DNA from: Verrucomicrobiaceae bacterium
GTDB taxonomy: Bacteria; Verrucomicrobiota; Verrucomicrobiia; Verrucomicrobiales; Akkermansiaceae
DNA length: 64,000 nt
Assembly: GCA_051252135.1 (NCBI GenBank)
Contig: JBPOGH010000011.1
Span: 64,001 to 128,000, forward strand
Direction of reading: 5' to 3'
The translations under genes and the position numbers were made by a program. The notes below the pieces were generated by a model that was not told the DNA's origin, did not search any database, and worked only from the letters and a program-made list of their open reading frames with translations. Below, piece by piece: positions 41,905 through 50,384 of the stretch. How positions within the stretch are numbered: position 1 is the stretch's first letter; each line of letters opens with the position of its first letter.

Positions 41905-42633
41905 CTATTTGGCAAATCTACAGATCACATTGCTCAATAGATAAAACACCGCGGTTTCAACTCTCAAAATAAGCCTCCCCAGCGAAACCGGATAAAACCC
42001 TGAAGCAAAAGCCGCTTCGTATTCTTCCGGCGAAAAATCCCCTTCCGGCCCAACCAAAAGGACAATGGAACCCACACCCCCCTCCCGATCCAATAAGGCT
42101 CTCAACGGCTCCGCTCCCTCCACTAAAGCACCGGCAATTTCCAAATCACCTTTATTTCGTGATTTTAACCAATCATCGAAAGCCCTTGGAGGCTCAACCT
42201 CCGGCACCCGGTTCTGCCCACACTGCTTACTGGCCTCCAGCGCCAATCGGTTCCATTTCTCCGCTTTCTTGGCGGCCTCTTTCACCTCAATCTTCACGTT
42301 CCCCTGCCGGGACATCAACGGGTGAATTTTCGCCACCCCAAGCTCCACCGCTTTCTGAACAATCAAATCGAAGGTCTTCCCTTTCGGAATGCCTACCGCC
42401 AATTCAATGGGAATCGAAGGAGGATCCACCGTCACTTCGGACACCGCCTCCAGTCCCACTTCATTTGCCGATATCGAACTAATCGTCGCCCGCACACTCC
42501 GCCCCGCACCATCAAACACCTCGATCTCTTCCCCCACCTGCTTGCGCATCACACGCCGACAGTGATGAGCCTCTTCGCCGACAAGCGAAAACGACTCATC
42601 CCACGCATCAGGAGAAATCCAAAACCGGTCCAT
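41905..42633 (-). CDS. rsmE: 16S rRNA m3U1498 methyltransferase
   Basis: HHCRRVMR, QKAVELGV, EASKQCG, LVGPEGDFS, LGRLILRVETA. Confidence 0.96.
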   Translation of the reverse strand: MDRFWISPDAWDESFSLVGEEAHHCRRVMRKQVGEEIEVFDGAGRSVRATISSISANEVGLEAVSEVTVDPPSIPIELAVGIPKGKTFDLIVQKAVELGVAKIHPLMSRQGNVKIEVKEAAKKAEKWNRLALEASKQCGQNRVPEVEPPRAFDDWLKSRNKGDLEIAGALVEGAEPLRALLDREGGVGSIVLLVGPEGDFSPEEYEAAFASGFYPVSLGRLILRVETAVFYLLSNVICRFAK

Positions 42634-42644
42634 TTCCGGACACC

Positions 42645-43808
42645 CTACAGGTCAAAAAAGCCTTTGGCTTTATCAAAAAACGACTTGTTGAGCGGCGAGT
42701 TCTCCTCACCAATCGATTCCGTAAACGCCTTCAGCTTCTCCTTCTGCTCGCGATTCAATTTCGTCGGGACTTCCACTTGCACTTCCACATTCAGCGCCCC
42801 TTTTCGTCCGCTGGCGAGACTTGTCACCCCCCGATCCCTCAAGCGGAAGGTCGTCCCTCCCTGCGTCCCCGCAGGCACCTTGATCGTCGCCGCACCCGTA
42901 AGCGTCGGCACCTCAAGCTCCCCGCCCAAGGCTGCTGTCGAAAACGGCAAAGGCACCTCGCAGAAAAGATCGTCTCCTTCCCGTTGAAAAATATCGTGCT
43001 CCCTGAGATGAAGAAAAACGTAGAGGTCTCCCGCAGGTCCGCCTCGCAGGCCCGCATCTCCCTTTCCCGTGGAACGCAGCCGCGTCCCGTCATCCACCCC
43101 GGCCGGAATCCTGATCGTGACCCGCTCGGGAGCCTGGGCGCGCCCTTCTCCGTTACACTTGCCACAAGGATCCGCAATCACCTGCCCTGCACCCCGGCAT
43201 TCGGGACACGTGCTCTGCTGAATGAAAATTCCCGCCTGCCGCGCAACCGCTCCCCGTCCCCCGCAGGTGACGCAGGTCTTCGCCCCGCCTCCTCCGGACT
43301 TCGATCCCGACCCGGAACACGATCCGCAACTGGCATACTTCTCGATTTCCAGCTCCTTCTCGACCCCTTCCGCCGCCTCTTCGAGCGTGATCTCAAGATC
43401 GTAACGCAAGTCACTCCCCCGCTTCTTGCCCGAGGCATCACGGGATCGCCGTCCGCCACCTCCGAAGAGATCGTCGAACATGCTTCCCCCGCCACCTCCG
43501 CCACCGAAGACTTGGCTGAAAATATCCATCGGATCGTGGAAACCGCCAAAGCCTCCCCGTCCCCCACCACCGCCACCGGCCTGGAACGCATCGTGCCCGT
43601 AGCGATCATAGGCCGCCCGCTTGTCCTCGTCTCCGAGCACCTCATAGGCTTGCCCCAGCTCCTTGAATTTATCCTCCGCGCCGGGATCATCCGGATTCTT
43701 GTCCGGGTGATGCTGCACTGCCGCCTTCCGGTAGGCCTTCTTGATCTCTGCCTGCGAAGCATCCCGCGACACCCCCAGCACTTCGTAAAAATCGCGTTCT
43801 CCCGACAT
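42645..43808 (-). CDS. dnaJ: Chaperone DnaJ
   Basis: J domain with HPD, G/F-rich region, four CxxCxGxG repeats. Confidence 0.97.
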   Translation of the reverse strand: MSGERDFYEVLGVSRDASQAEIKKAYRKAAVQHHPDKNPDDPGAEDKFKELGQAYEVLGDEDKRAAYDRYGHDAFQAGGGGGGRGGFGGFHDPMDIFSQVFGGGGGGGSMFDDLFGGGGRRSRDASGKKRGSDLRYDLEITLEEAAEGVEKELEIEKYASCGSCSGSGSKSGGGGAKTCVTCGGRGAVARQAGIFIQQSTCPECRGAGQVIADPCGKCNGEGRAQAPERVTIRIPAGVDDGTRLRSTGKGDAGLRGGPAGDLYVFLHLREHDIFQREGDDLFCEVPLPFSTAALGGELEVPTLTGAATIKVPAGTQGGTTFRLRDRGVTSLASGRKGALNVEVQVEVPTKLNREQKEKLKAFTESIGEENSPLNKSFFDKAKGFFDL

Positions 43809-44401
43809 TATTCTTCCTCCTCGGTTTCAGGTTCTGGAGCCTTGGCCACAATCACTGCCGCCGCACGGATCAAGCGATCATGCAAACGATAGCCCTTGCG
43901 CTTCACATAAAGAATTTCTCCCGGCTCTGCGCCCTCTCGCTCCTCCTCCGCAACCGCTTCGTGCAGATTGGGATCAAAAACGCCTTCCGCAGGCACTTCC
44001 TTCAGCCCCTGGGCATCCAGAAAATCATCCAACTGCCCCTTCACCATCGCCATCCCCTTGTAAATCATGGAGTCCTGATCCTGACTCGCCATCTCAAGAC
44101 CCATCGAAAAGTTGTCAAACACCGGCAGCAATTCCTCAATCAGGCCCGCACGCGCAAACCGCAAATCCTCCGCCCGCTCACGCGCCATCCGCTTCCGGTA
44201 ATTATCCAAATCCGCGGCCGTCCGAATCGCCGCCTCTTTCCACTTCGCCGCCTCCTGCTCCGGTGTCAGTGGAATCTCTTCCACCACCTCTTCGGTTTCT
44301 TCAGCCGCAGGCTCTTCCGCCTCCACTTCAGGAGCTTGCTCTCCCTCAACGGCAGGCACGTCTTCTTCAATCACTTCAGGTTCCTGATGAGATTCTTGCA
44401 T
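43808..44401 (-). CDS. grpE: Nucleotide exchange factor GrpE
   Basis: [41 protein letters not shown] at 44401. Confidence 0.96.
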   Translation of the reverse strand: MQESHQEPEVIEEDVPAVEGEQAPEVEAEEPAAEETEEVVEEIPLTPEQEAAKWKEAAIRTAADLDNYRKRMARERAEDLRFARAGLIEELLPVFDNFSMGLEMASQDQDSMIYKGMAMVKGQLDDFLDAQGLKEVPAEGVFDPNLHEAVAEEEREGAEPGEILYVKRKGYRLHDRLIRAAAVIVAKAPEPETEEEE

Positions 44402-44432
44402 GGGCGAACCAATAACCGCCCCCCACCAATCG

Positions 44433-47015
44433 TCAACCCCTACCTGATTCGACTTTTTCCCGCCCAAACAGAAAACTCTCACTTTCAAACACCATCCCCT
44501 CAAGCAATTCCACCCCGTTCAACGCCGCCCCCGTCAAGCTCACTCCCGCCTCTCCTTCATCCACCACAAAGCCCGGAAGCAACTTCCCAAAGGCTCCATC
44601 CTTCCACCCCGCCTGCGGCATCATCGTCGTCGTTTCATAGTCCGGATGGGGAATCGAATAGCTGATCACCCGCCCCTGCCGCACCAGCCCCGAGTGATGC
44701 TCCTCCGCCGAAGCCCCCTCAAACACCAGCACTCTTACCCCCTTGCTCTGCAGCCGCTCCATCAGCCCACTCCTCATCTCCCTCAAGATCACCAGGCCAA
44801 TCCGCTCCCGCGACACCACCGACAAGAACTCCTCATCACCCCCCTCGCAGAACGCCACCTTCGCATCAATCAGCTGCGGCCAAAGAATCCCCAAAATCCC
44901 GCACTCTTCCGCCTCCCGATCCCAATCCAACAAAATCCGGCTCCCCCTCCCCGCCAGATTCACCTGGTTCAACTGCAGCGCATTCGCCCGCATCTGCCGC
45001 CCCACCTCCTCATCGGACCACGCCTTCGCCATCATCTCACTCCACCCTCCCGGCAAATCCCCCAGCACCTGCGGCTCATCAAACCCACCCCGTCCCATTT
45101 CCCGCAGTCTCGCCTCCACCGTCTGGGCCGAAAGCTCGTGCAGCGTCTTCGCCAACTTGTCTCCCGCAAACTCACCCACCTCCTTCGCCTCACTAAACGC
45201 CACCGTAATCCCGTAAGGAACCTTCCGCGGCCCTTTCCCCAGAAAACGACTCCCCTCAAAACTCCACATCGATCCCCACAAGCCATCCATATAAGCCGCC
45301 ACCACCGGACACTTCGCCTTCCGCGCAATCATCTCATACCCCCGCTTGATCTCCGCCAGCCCGCCCGTCCGCGATAGCTGCCCTTCCGGAAAAATACAAA
45401 CCACCGATCCCTCCTCAAGCGCCTCTTTCGCTACCCGGATCGCATCCTTCGCCTTCGTCGGCGATACCGGAACCATCTCAAACAAGCGCGCAAACCAACC
45501 CACAATCTTCCGGTCAAAACAGGTATCAAACATTAAAAATCGAATCGGCCGTGACGACGCCACCGACAGCACAATCCCGTCAATGTAACTCAAATGATTC
45601 GCCACCATCAGCACCCCGCCCTCCTTCGGAATCCGCTCCTCCCCTATCGTCCGGATGCGATACACCGACTTGAACATCCCCAGCATGATCAACCGCACAA
45701 AATCCTTCGGCAAAAGACGCGCCACATAAATCGTCACCACCACGCAACACCCCGCCAAAAACAAAAACTGCAACCAGATCGGCATCCCCGCCCGACTCAG
45801 CAGAAACTGCAACGCCACCGCCGAAATCCCGCCCAAATTGATACACAGATTCGACGCCGACAGCACCAGCCCCCGCTCCCCATCCTCCGCCCCATCCTGA
45901 AGATACGCATTCAGCGGCACCAAAAAAAGCGCCCCTCCAAAGCCCGCCAACCCCAAAAACACCACCCGCCCCCACCCCCCGCCCGCCGCAAAAGCCAGAC
46001 TCCCCGTCGCCACCGCCATCAGCGCACCACCCACCACCACCAAACCCAACTCATTGCGCCTCCGGCAAATCACACTCACCAGCAAACTCCCCAACACAAT
46101 CCCCACCACCACCGGCGTCCACAGCGTCGCCGTCTCCACCCCCATTCCAATCTTCCCTCCGCTGTTCTCCGTCGCGATCTGAATCACCAACAACTGCAAA
46201 AATCCCCCAAAACTCCAAAAGAAACTAATCCCCAAGGTCGATCGCCAAAGACCCTTCTGCGACTTCAGCTTCGCCAAATCACCAAAGTGCCGAAACGCCA
46301 CCTCAGCTGAAAACGGCCCCGCCCCCTTCGGCTCCGTCGGCTGAATCATATACGAAAACACCAGCGAGATCGCCGCGCCAATCAACACCCACAGTATCGG
46401 CACCAACGCAGCCTCCCATGGCCCTTTCCCCAACTGCAGCCCCCATTTGTCAAACCACAGACTCCCCACAATCTGTCCCATCAAAATCGCCAAGATCACC
46501 GTCCCCTCCATCACCCCGTTCGCAAACCCCAACTTCCGCGACCCCACCAACTCCTTCACCACCCCCATCTTCGACGGACTCAGCAGAGCCGATTGCGATC
46601 CCAGGAAAAAAAACGCCACCAAAGTCACCGCAATCGCCACCGCCGATCCCTCCGCCCCGCGCGACATCCCAAACCACAGCGCCCCCGCCATCGTGAGAAG
46701 CACCACCAGCTGAAACCACGACGACCACCGGATCACCCGATTCTTCGCAAACCGGTCCCCCAACCACCCCGCACTCGGCGCGAAAAGAATAAACGGCAAC
46801 ACCAGCAACGCCCCCAACACATGCTCGATCCCCTTAAACGCCAACCCCATGTAATACAGCGCCACCCCCAACGGAATCAGCAGGAACTTCGCAAAGTTGT
46901 CATTGAACGCATTCATCGTCTGCATCCCCACCAACCCCCAAAACGACCGCCACTCCCGCTGACCCGGCTCAAAACTCTGATCTATCACCTCTTCAGACTG
47001 ACCCACTTCACTCAT
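44433..47015 (-). CDS. LplT-like MFS transporter fused to a PlsC-type acyltransferase and a degenerate acyl-CoA/ACP synthetase remnant (Aas-like)
   Basis: NAFNDN, AGWLGDRF, SPSKMG; acyltransferase motifs NHLSYID and IFPEG; tail GAFGKLLPG. Confidence 0.85.
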   Translation of the reverse strand: MSEVGQSEEVIDQSFEPGQREWRSFWGLVGMQTMNAFNDNFAKFLLIPLGVALYYMGLAFKGIEHVLGALLVLPFILFAPSAGWLGDRFAKNRVIRWSSWFQLVVLLTMAGALWFGMSRGAEGSAVAIAVTLVAFFFLGSQSALLSPSKMGVVKELVGSRKLGFANGVMEGTVILAILMGQIVGSLWFDKWGLQLGKGPWEAALVPILWVLIGAAISLVFSYMIQPTEPKGAGPFSAEVAFRHFGDLAKLKSQKGLWRSTLGISFFWSFGGFLQLLVIQIATENSGGKIGMGVETATLWTPVVVGIVLGSLLVSVICRRRNELGLVVVGGALMAVATGSLAFAAGGGWGRVVFLGLAGFGGALFLVPLNAYLQDGAEDGERGLVLSASNLCINLGGISAVALQFLLSRAGMPIWLQFLFLAGCCVVVTIYVARLLPKDFVRLIMLGMFKSVYRIRTIGEERIPKEGGVLMVANHLSYIDGIVLSVASSRPIRFLMFDTCFDRKIVGWFARLFEMVPVSPTKAKDAIRVAKEALEEGSVVCIFPEGQLSRTGGLAEIKRGYEMIARKAKCPVVAAYMDGLWGSMWSFEGSRFLGKGPRKVPYGITVAFSEAKEVGEFAGDKLAKTLHELSAQTVEARLREMGRGGFDEPQVLGDLPGGWSEMMAKAWSDEEVGRQMRANALQLNQVNLAGRGSRILLDWDREAEECGILGILWPQLIDAKVAFCEGGDEEFLSVVSRERIGLVILREMRSGLMERLQSKGVRVLVFEGASAEEHHSGLVRQGRVISYSIPHPDYETTTMMPQAGWKDGAFGKLLPGFVVDEGEAGVSLTGAALNGVELLEGMVFESESFLFGREKVESGRG

Positions 47016-47018
47016 TTA

Positions 47019-47034
47019 GTTAAATCGATTAAAC
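47019..47034. promoter_or_regulatory. 16-bp near-palindrome GTTAAATCGATTAAAC, candidate operator
   Basis: 7 of 8 symmetric pairs; ends 3 nt before the aas-like ATG. Confidence 0.45.
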
Positions 47035-47123
47035 CATAGAGATCATCGACTTAAACGATACCTCCATCTAGCCAAGTAAATCACCCCCACCCCAAACCAC
47101 ACGCACATTCTTCCCCCCCAATT

Positions 47124-47196
47124 GTAGCGTCGGTCTATGACCGTCGCAAGCTCCCCCCAACCCCAGCCAATAAGGAGAGCGGGCATTCCTGCCCGC
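47124..47196 (+). repeat. Two REP-like hairpins (GTAG-type and GGAG-type)
   Basis: GTAGCGTCGGTCTATGACCGTCGC at 47124-47147 and GGAGAGCGGGCATTCCTGCCCGC at 47174-47196. Confidence 0.65.
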
Positions 47197-47226
47197 CCCC
47201 CCCCCAACCAAGCCCCCCAACCAAGC

Positions 47227-47252
47227 AATTCCTAATTCCAAATTCCTAATTC
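47227..47252. repeat. Heptamer tandem repeat (AATTCCW)x3.7
   Basis: AATTCCT AATTCCA AATTCCT AATTC. Confidence 0.8.
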
Positions 47253-47351
47253 TCCCTCCCCCCAACCCAGCCTCAAAAAACCTTTGCCTCTTTGCAGTGA
47301 ACCTCACCTTTCAAGCTTCACCCTTCACCTTGAATCCTCCACCCTCCCCCC

Positions 47352-48356
47352 ATGCTCCTCGCCATCGAATCCTCTTGCGATGAAACCGCCGTGGCCATCA
47401 TCCGCCGCAGCGACGATGGCCCACGCCTCCTCACCTCCCTCATCTCGTCCCAAATCGACATCCACCGCGCCTACGGCGGCGTCGTCCCCGAGGTCGCCTG
47501 CCGCAACCACGCCCAACGCATCCGCCCCCTCGTCGAACAAGCCCTCGCCGATGCCGGAGTCACCATCGACGACATCTCCGCCTTCGCCGCCACCCGCGGC
47601 CCCGGCCTTGCCTCCTCCCTTCTCGTAGGACTTTCCTACGCCAAAGCGCTCGCCGCCGCGACCGGCAAGCCCTTCTTTGGCATCAACCACATGGAAGGCC
47701 ACCTCCTCTCTCCCTTCCTCGAAAAAGGCGACATCCCCCCGCACCTCGGACTCATCGTCTCCGGCGGCCACACCATGCTCATCGATGTCCGGGGCTTCCG
47801 CTCCTACAAACTCCTCGGACGCACCATCGATGACGCCGCCGGCGAAGCCTTCGATAAAGTCGGCCGCATGCTCCAGCTCCCCTACCCCGGAGGCCCCGAA
47901 ATCGAAAAGCACGCCCGCTCCGGAAACCCCAAAGCCTTCGCCTTCCCCCGCGCCGCTCTCAAGGAACAACCCTACAATTTCTCCTTCTCCGGCCTCAAAA
48001 CCGCCGTCCTCTACCAGCTCCAAAAACTCGACGACCCCCGGTCCCAGCTCGCCGACATCTGCGCCTCCTTCCAAACCGCCGTCATCGACAGCCTCGTCAA
48101 AAAGACCCTTCGCGCCGCCGCTCACACCGGTCACAAAATCATCACCATCTCCGGCGGCGTTGCCTGCAACCGGGCCCTGCAAGATGCCCTCCGCACCGCC
48201 TGCGAAAAGAACGACCTCACCCTCCAGCTCACGCCCCCGGCTCTCACCACCGACAACGCCGGAATGATCGCCTTCACCGGCCTCCTCGCCTCCGAACAAC
48301 TTTCTCCCGATCCCCTCACCATCGGAATCGACCCCAACCTTTCCCTCGCTCTCTGA
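47352..48356 (+). CDS. tsaD: tRNA N6-threonylcarbamoyladenosine synthesis protein TsaD
   Basis: LAIESSCDETAVA, YGGVVPE, NHMEGH, VSGGHT, DDAAGEAFDKV, FSFSGLKTA, TDNAGMIA. Confidence 0.97.
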   Translation: MLLAIESSCDETAVAIIRRSDDGPRLLTSLISSQIDIHRAYGGVVPEVACRNHAQRIRPLVEQALADAGVTIDDISAFAATRGPGLASSLLVGLSYAKALAAATGKPFFGINHMEGHLLSPFLEKGDIPPHLGLIVSGGHTMLIDVRGFRSYKLLGRTIDDAAGEAFDKVGRMLQLPYPGGPEIEKHARSGNPKAFAFPRAALKEQPYNFSFSGLKTAVLYQLQKLDDPRSQLADICASFQTAVIDSLVKKTLRAAAHTGHKIITISGGVACNRALQDALRTACEKNDLTLQLTPPALTTDNAGMIAFTGLLASEQLSPDPLTIGIDPNLSLAL

Positions 48357-49742
48357 TCATCCCTTGTGCTCTTCAAAAAGAGCCACGAACTCCCGATGCA
48401 CCTCGGGAAATTTCTTCGAGAGCTCGGTCGTTTCACCCGGATCATCCTTTAGGTTGTAGAGTTCCACTTCCGCTTCCATCCCGTAGCGCACCGCTTTCCA
48501 GTCCCCTTTCCGCGCCGCCTGGAAGACCTCACCCACGATCCCCGAGTTCGGATCTCCCGCCTGCTTTCCAAACTCCCAATAAAGAATCCGTTCCGCCATT
48601 TCTCCCGGCTCGTCCTTCAGCAAGGTCGCAACCGACTCGCCATTCGTCTTCACCCGCGGCACCTCGTTCAGCGACACCCCCGCCAGCTCCGCAAAAGTCG
48701 GCAACACATCGGCAAAGGCCCACGGCGTGTCATCCACCCGCCCCTTCGAAATCGCCGCCGGCCAATGCGCAATCATCGGCACATGAATCCCTCCCTCATA
48801 CACATCCCGCTTCATCCCTTTGAAAGGATACGAGGCCTTAAAATATTCCGGATCCGCGCCCCCCTCGTCATGTGGTCCGTTGTCCGAGGTAAAGAGAATC
48901 AGCGTATTCTCCGCCACCCCCTTCGCCTCCAGCGCCGCATACACCTGCCCCACATAATCATCGAGCGCCGTCACCATCCCCGCCAGCGTTGCATGCGGAT
49001 GAGCCACCGCCTCCGGATAGTACCATGCATACTTGTCGCTCGGATCACCCGTCGACATTCCACCATACGGCTTCACCGGAAACTTCTCCTCATACCGCTT
49101 CTGATACTTCTCCGGCACCGCCAATTCCGCATGCGGTGACGAATACGACAGCATCACAAAGAACGGATTCTCCCGCTCTTCCTCGATGTAAGCAATCGCC
49201 TCATTCGTAAACAACTCCTGCGCATACGCGCCCTTCTTCCCTCCCTCATTCTCCGGAATCCGAATCTTCTCTCCATCACGCCACAGGATCATCGGATACT
49301 GCCGGTGCCCCTCCAAAATCGAATACATCCCGTACCACGTGTCGAACCCCATCGCCAGCGGATCGGTCACTCCCATCTGCGACCCAATCGAATACTTCCC
49401 GAACAAAGCCGTGTCGTATCCCGCATGCTTCAACACATGCGCCATCGTCACATCGATGTCCCGCAGCTGAACCGTATTCGAATTGTTCTCCATCAACCGC
49501 CCGTCCCTTCCGGTAAAGAGCGACACCCGCGAGGGCGAACACACCGTATTCCCCGAGTAAGCCTGCGTAAACCGAATCCCCTGACCCGCTAAGCGATCCA
49601 GGTTCGGCGTCTCAATCGGCGTATCCCCGTAGGCCCCAATCTGGTTGAACCCCAAATCATCCGTCAAAATAAAGACAATGTTCGGCTTCGCCCCAAACAC
49701 CTGCCCCGCAAGCAACCCCAACAACACCATTCTTCTCAGCAT
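48357..49742 (-). CDS. Formylglycine-dependent arylsulfatase (S1, Cys-type)
   Basis: KPNIVFILTDDLG, CSPSRVSLFTG, FTSDNGPH, YEGGIHVP; start codon uncertain. Confidence 0.93.
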   Translation of the reverse strand: MLRRMVLLGLLAGQVFGAKPNIVFILTDDLGFNQIGAYGDTPIETPNLDRLAGQGIRFTQAYSGNTVCSPSRVSLFTGRDGRLMENNSNTVQLRDIDVTMAHVLKHAGYDTALFGKYSIGSQMGVTDPLAMGFDTWYGMYSILEGHRQYPMILWRDGEKIRIPENEGGKKGAYAQELFTNEAIAYIEEERENPFFVMLSYSSPHAELAVPEKYQKRYEEKFPVKPYGGMSTGDPSDKYAWYYPEAVAHPHATLAGMVTALDDYVGQVYAALEAKGVAENTLILFTSDNGPHDEGGADPEYFKASYPFKGMKRDVYEGGIHVPMIAHWPAAISKGRVDDTPWAFADVLPTFAELAGVSLNEVPRVKTNGESVATLLKDEPGEMAERILYWEFGKQAGDPNSGIVGEVFQAARKGDWKAVRYGMEAEVELYNLKDDPGETTELSKKFPEVHREFVALFEEHKG

Positions 49743-49780
49743 CCCGAAACCCTCCAACATTCCCCCGCCCCAAGCCAACC

Positions 49781-50353
49781 CTAAAACAATTCCCCTTGCT
49801 CCTCACTCGGCCTCTTCTTCAGCGGATTCGCCGTCTCGCCTACCACCAATAAATCCTCCTCCGGCGCAAACCGTTCCACCTCCCCGGCCAGATACGCCTC
49901 CCGCTCACCACCCACCAGCAAGGCCGGCATCCGATGATGAATCGGCGACACCCGCTCATTCGCCTCCGTCGTCAGCATCGAGAAACATCGCCCCAATTCC
50001 GCAACCTCCTCCCATATCCCCGCCGCCCAAAGCCACCCCTCATCCGCCGCTTGAAAAAGATGCGTCCGCTTCCGCCCCTTCGGACCCGACCACTCATAGT
50101 ACGACATCACCGGAATCAAACACCGCCGCTCCGCAAAGGCCTCCCGCCACATCCCGCTCTCCAGATTGTCCGATCGCGTATTATTCACCACCCCCAACCC
50201 CTTCCGCTCAAACCCCCATCGCATCTCAACCACCTCATCCCCGTCCAAAACCACCGGAGCCAAGTCCGTCCGCCGCACCAAACGCCCTTCCCCCACCGGC
50301 AACTCCCCCTTCACCTGACTCAGCTTCTTCGCCGTATTGAACGCGTTACACAT
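49781..50353 (-). CDS. SOS response-associated peptidase (SRAP/YedK/HMCES) family abasic-site protein
   Basis: N-terminal MCN (catalytic Cys2), MRWG, NTRSD, RRCLIP...YYEW, AAGIW, IHHRMP. Confidence 0.9.
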   Translation of the reverse strand: MCNAFNTAKKLSQVKGELPVGEGRLVRRTDLAPVVLDGDEVVEMRWGFERKGLGVVNNTRSDNLESGMWREAFAERRCLIPVMSYYEWSGPKGRKRTHLFQAADEGWLWAAGIWEEVAELGRCFSMLTTEANERVSPIHHRMPALLVGGEREAYLAGEVERFAPEEDLLVVGETANPLKKRPSEEQGELF

Positions 50354-50384
50354 CTCACTGACCTACAAAAAACCATCACCCTCT

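Noticed and set aside
41905..44401. grpE-dnaJ-rsmE without dnaK/hrcA (likewise cdsA-dxr without uppS/rseP)
   Set aside because: Operon fragmentation is common, and the missing genes are probably elsewhere in the genome.
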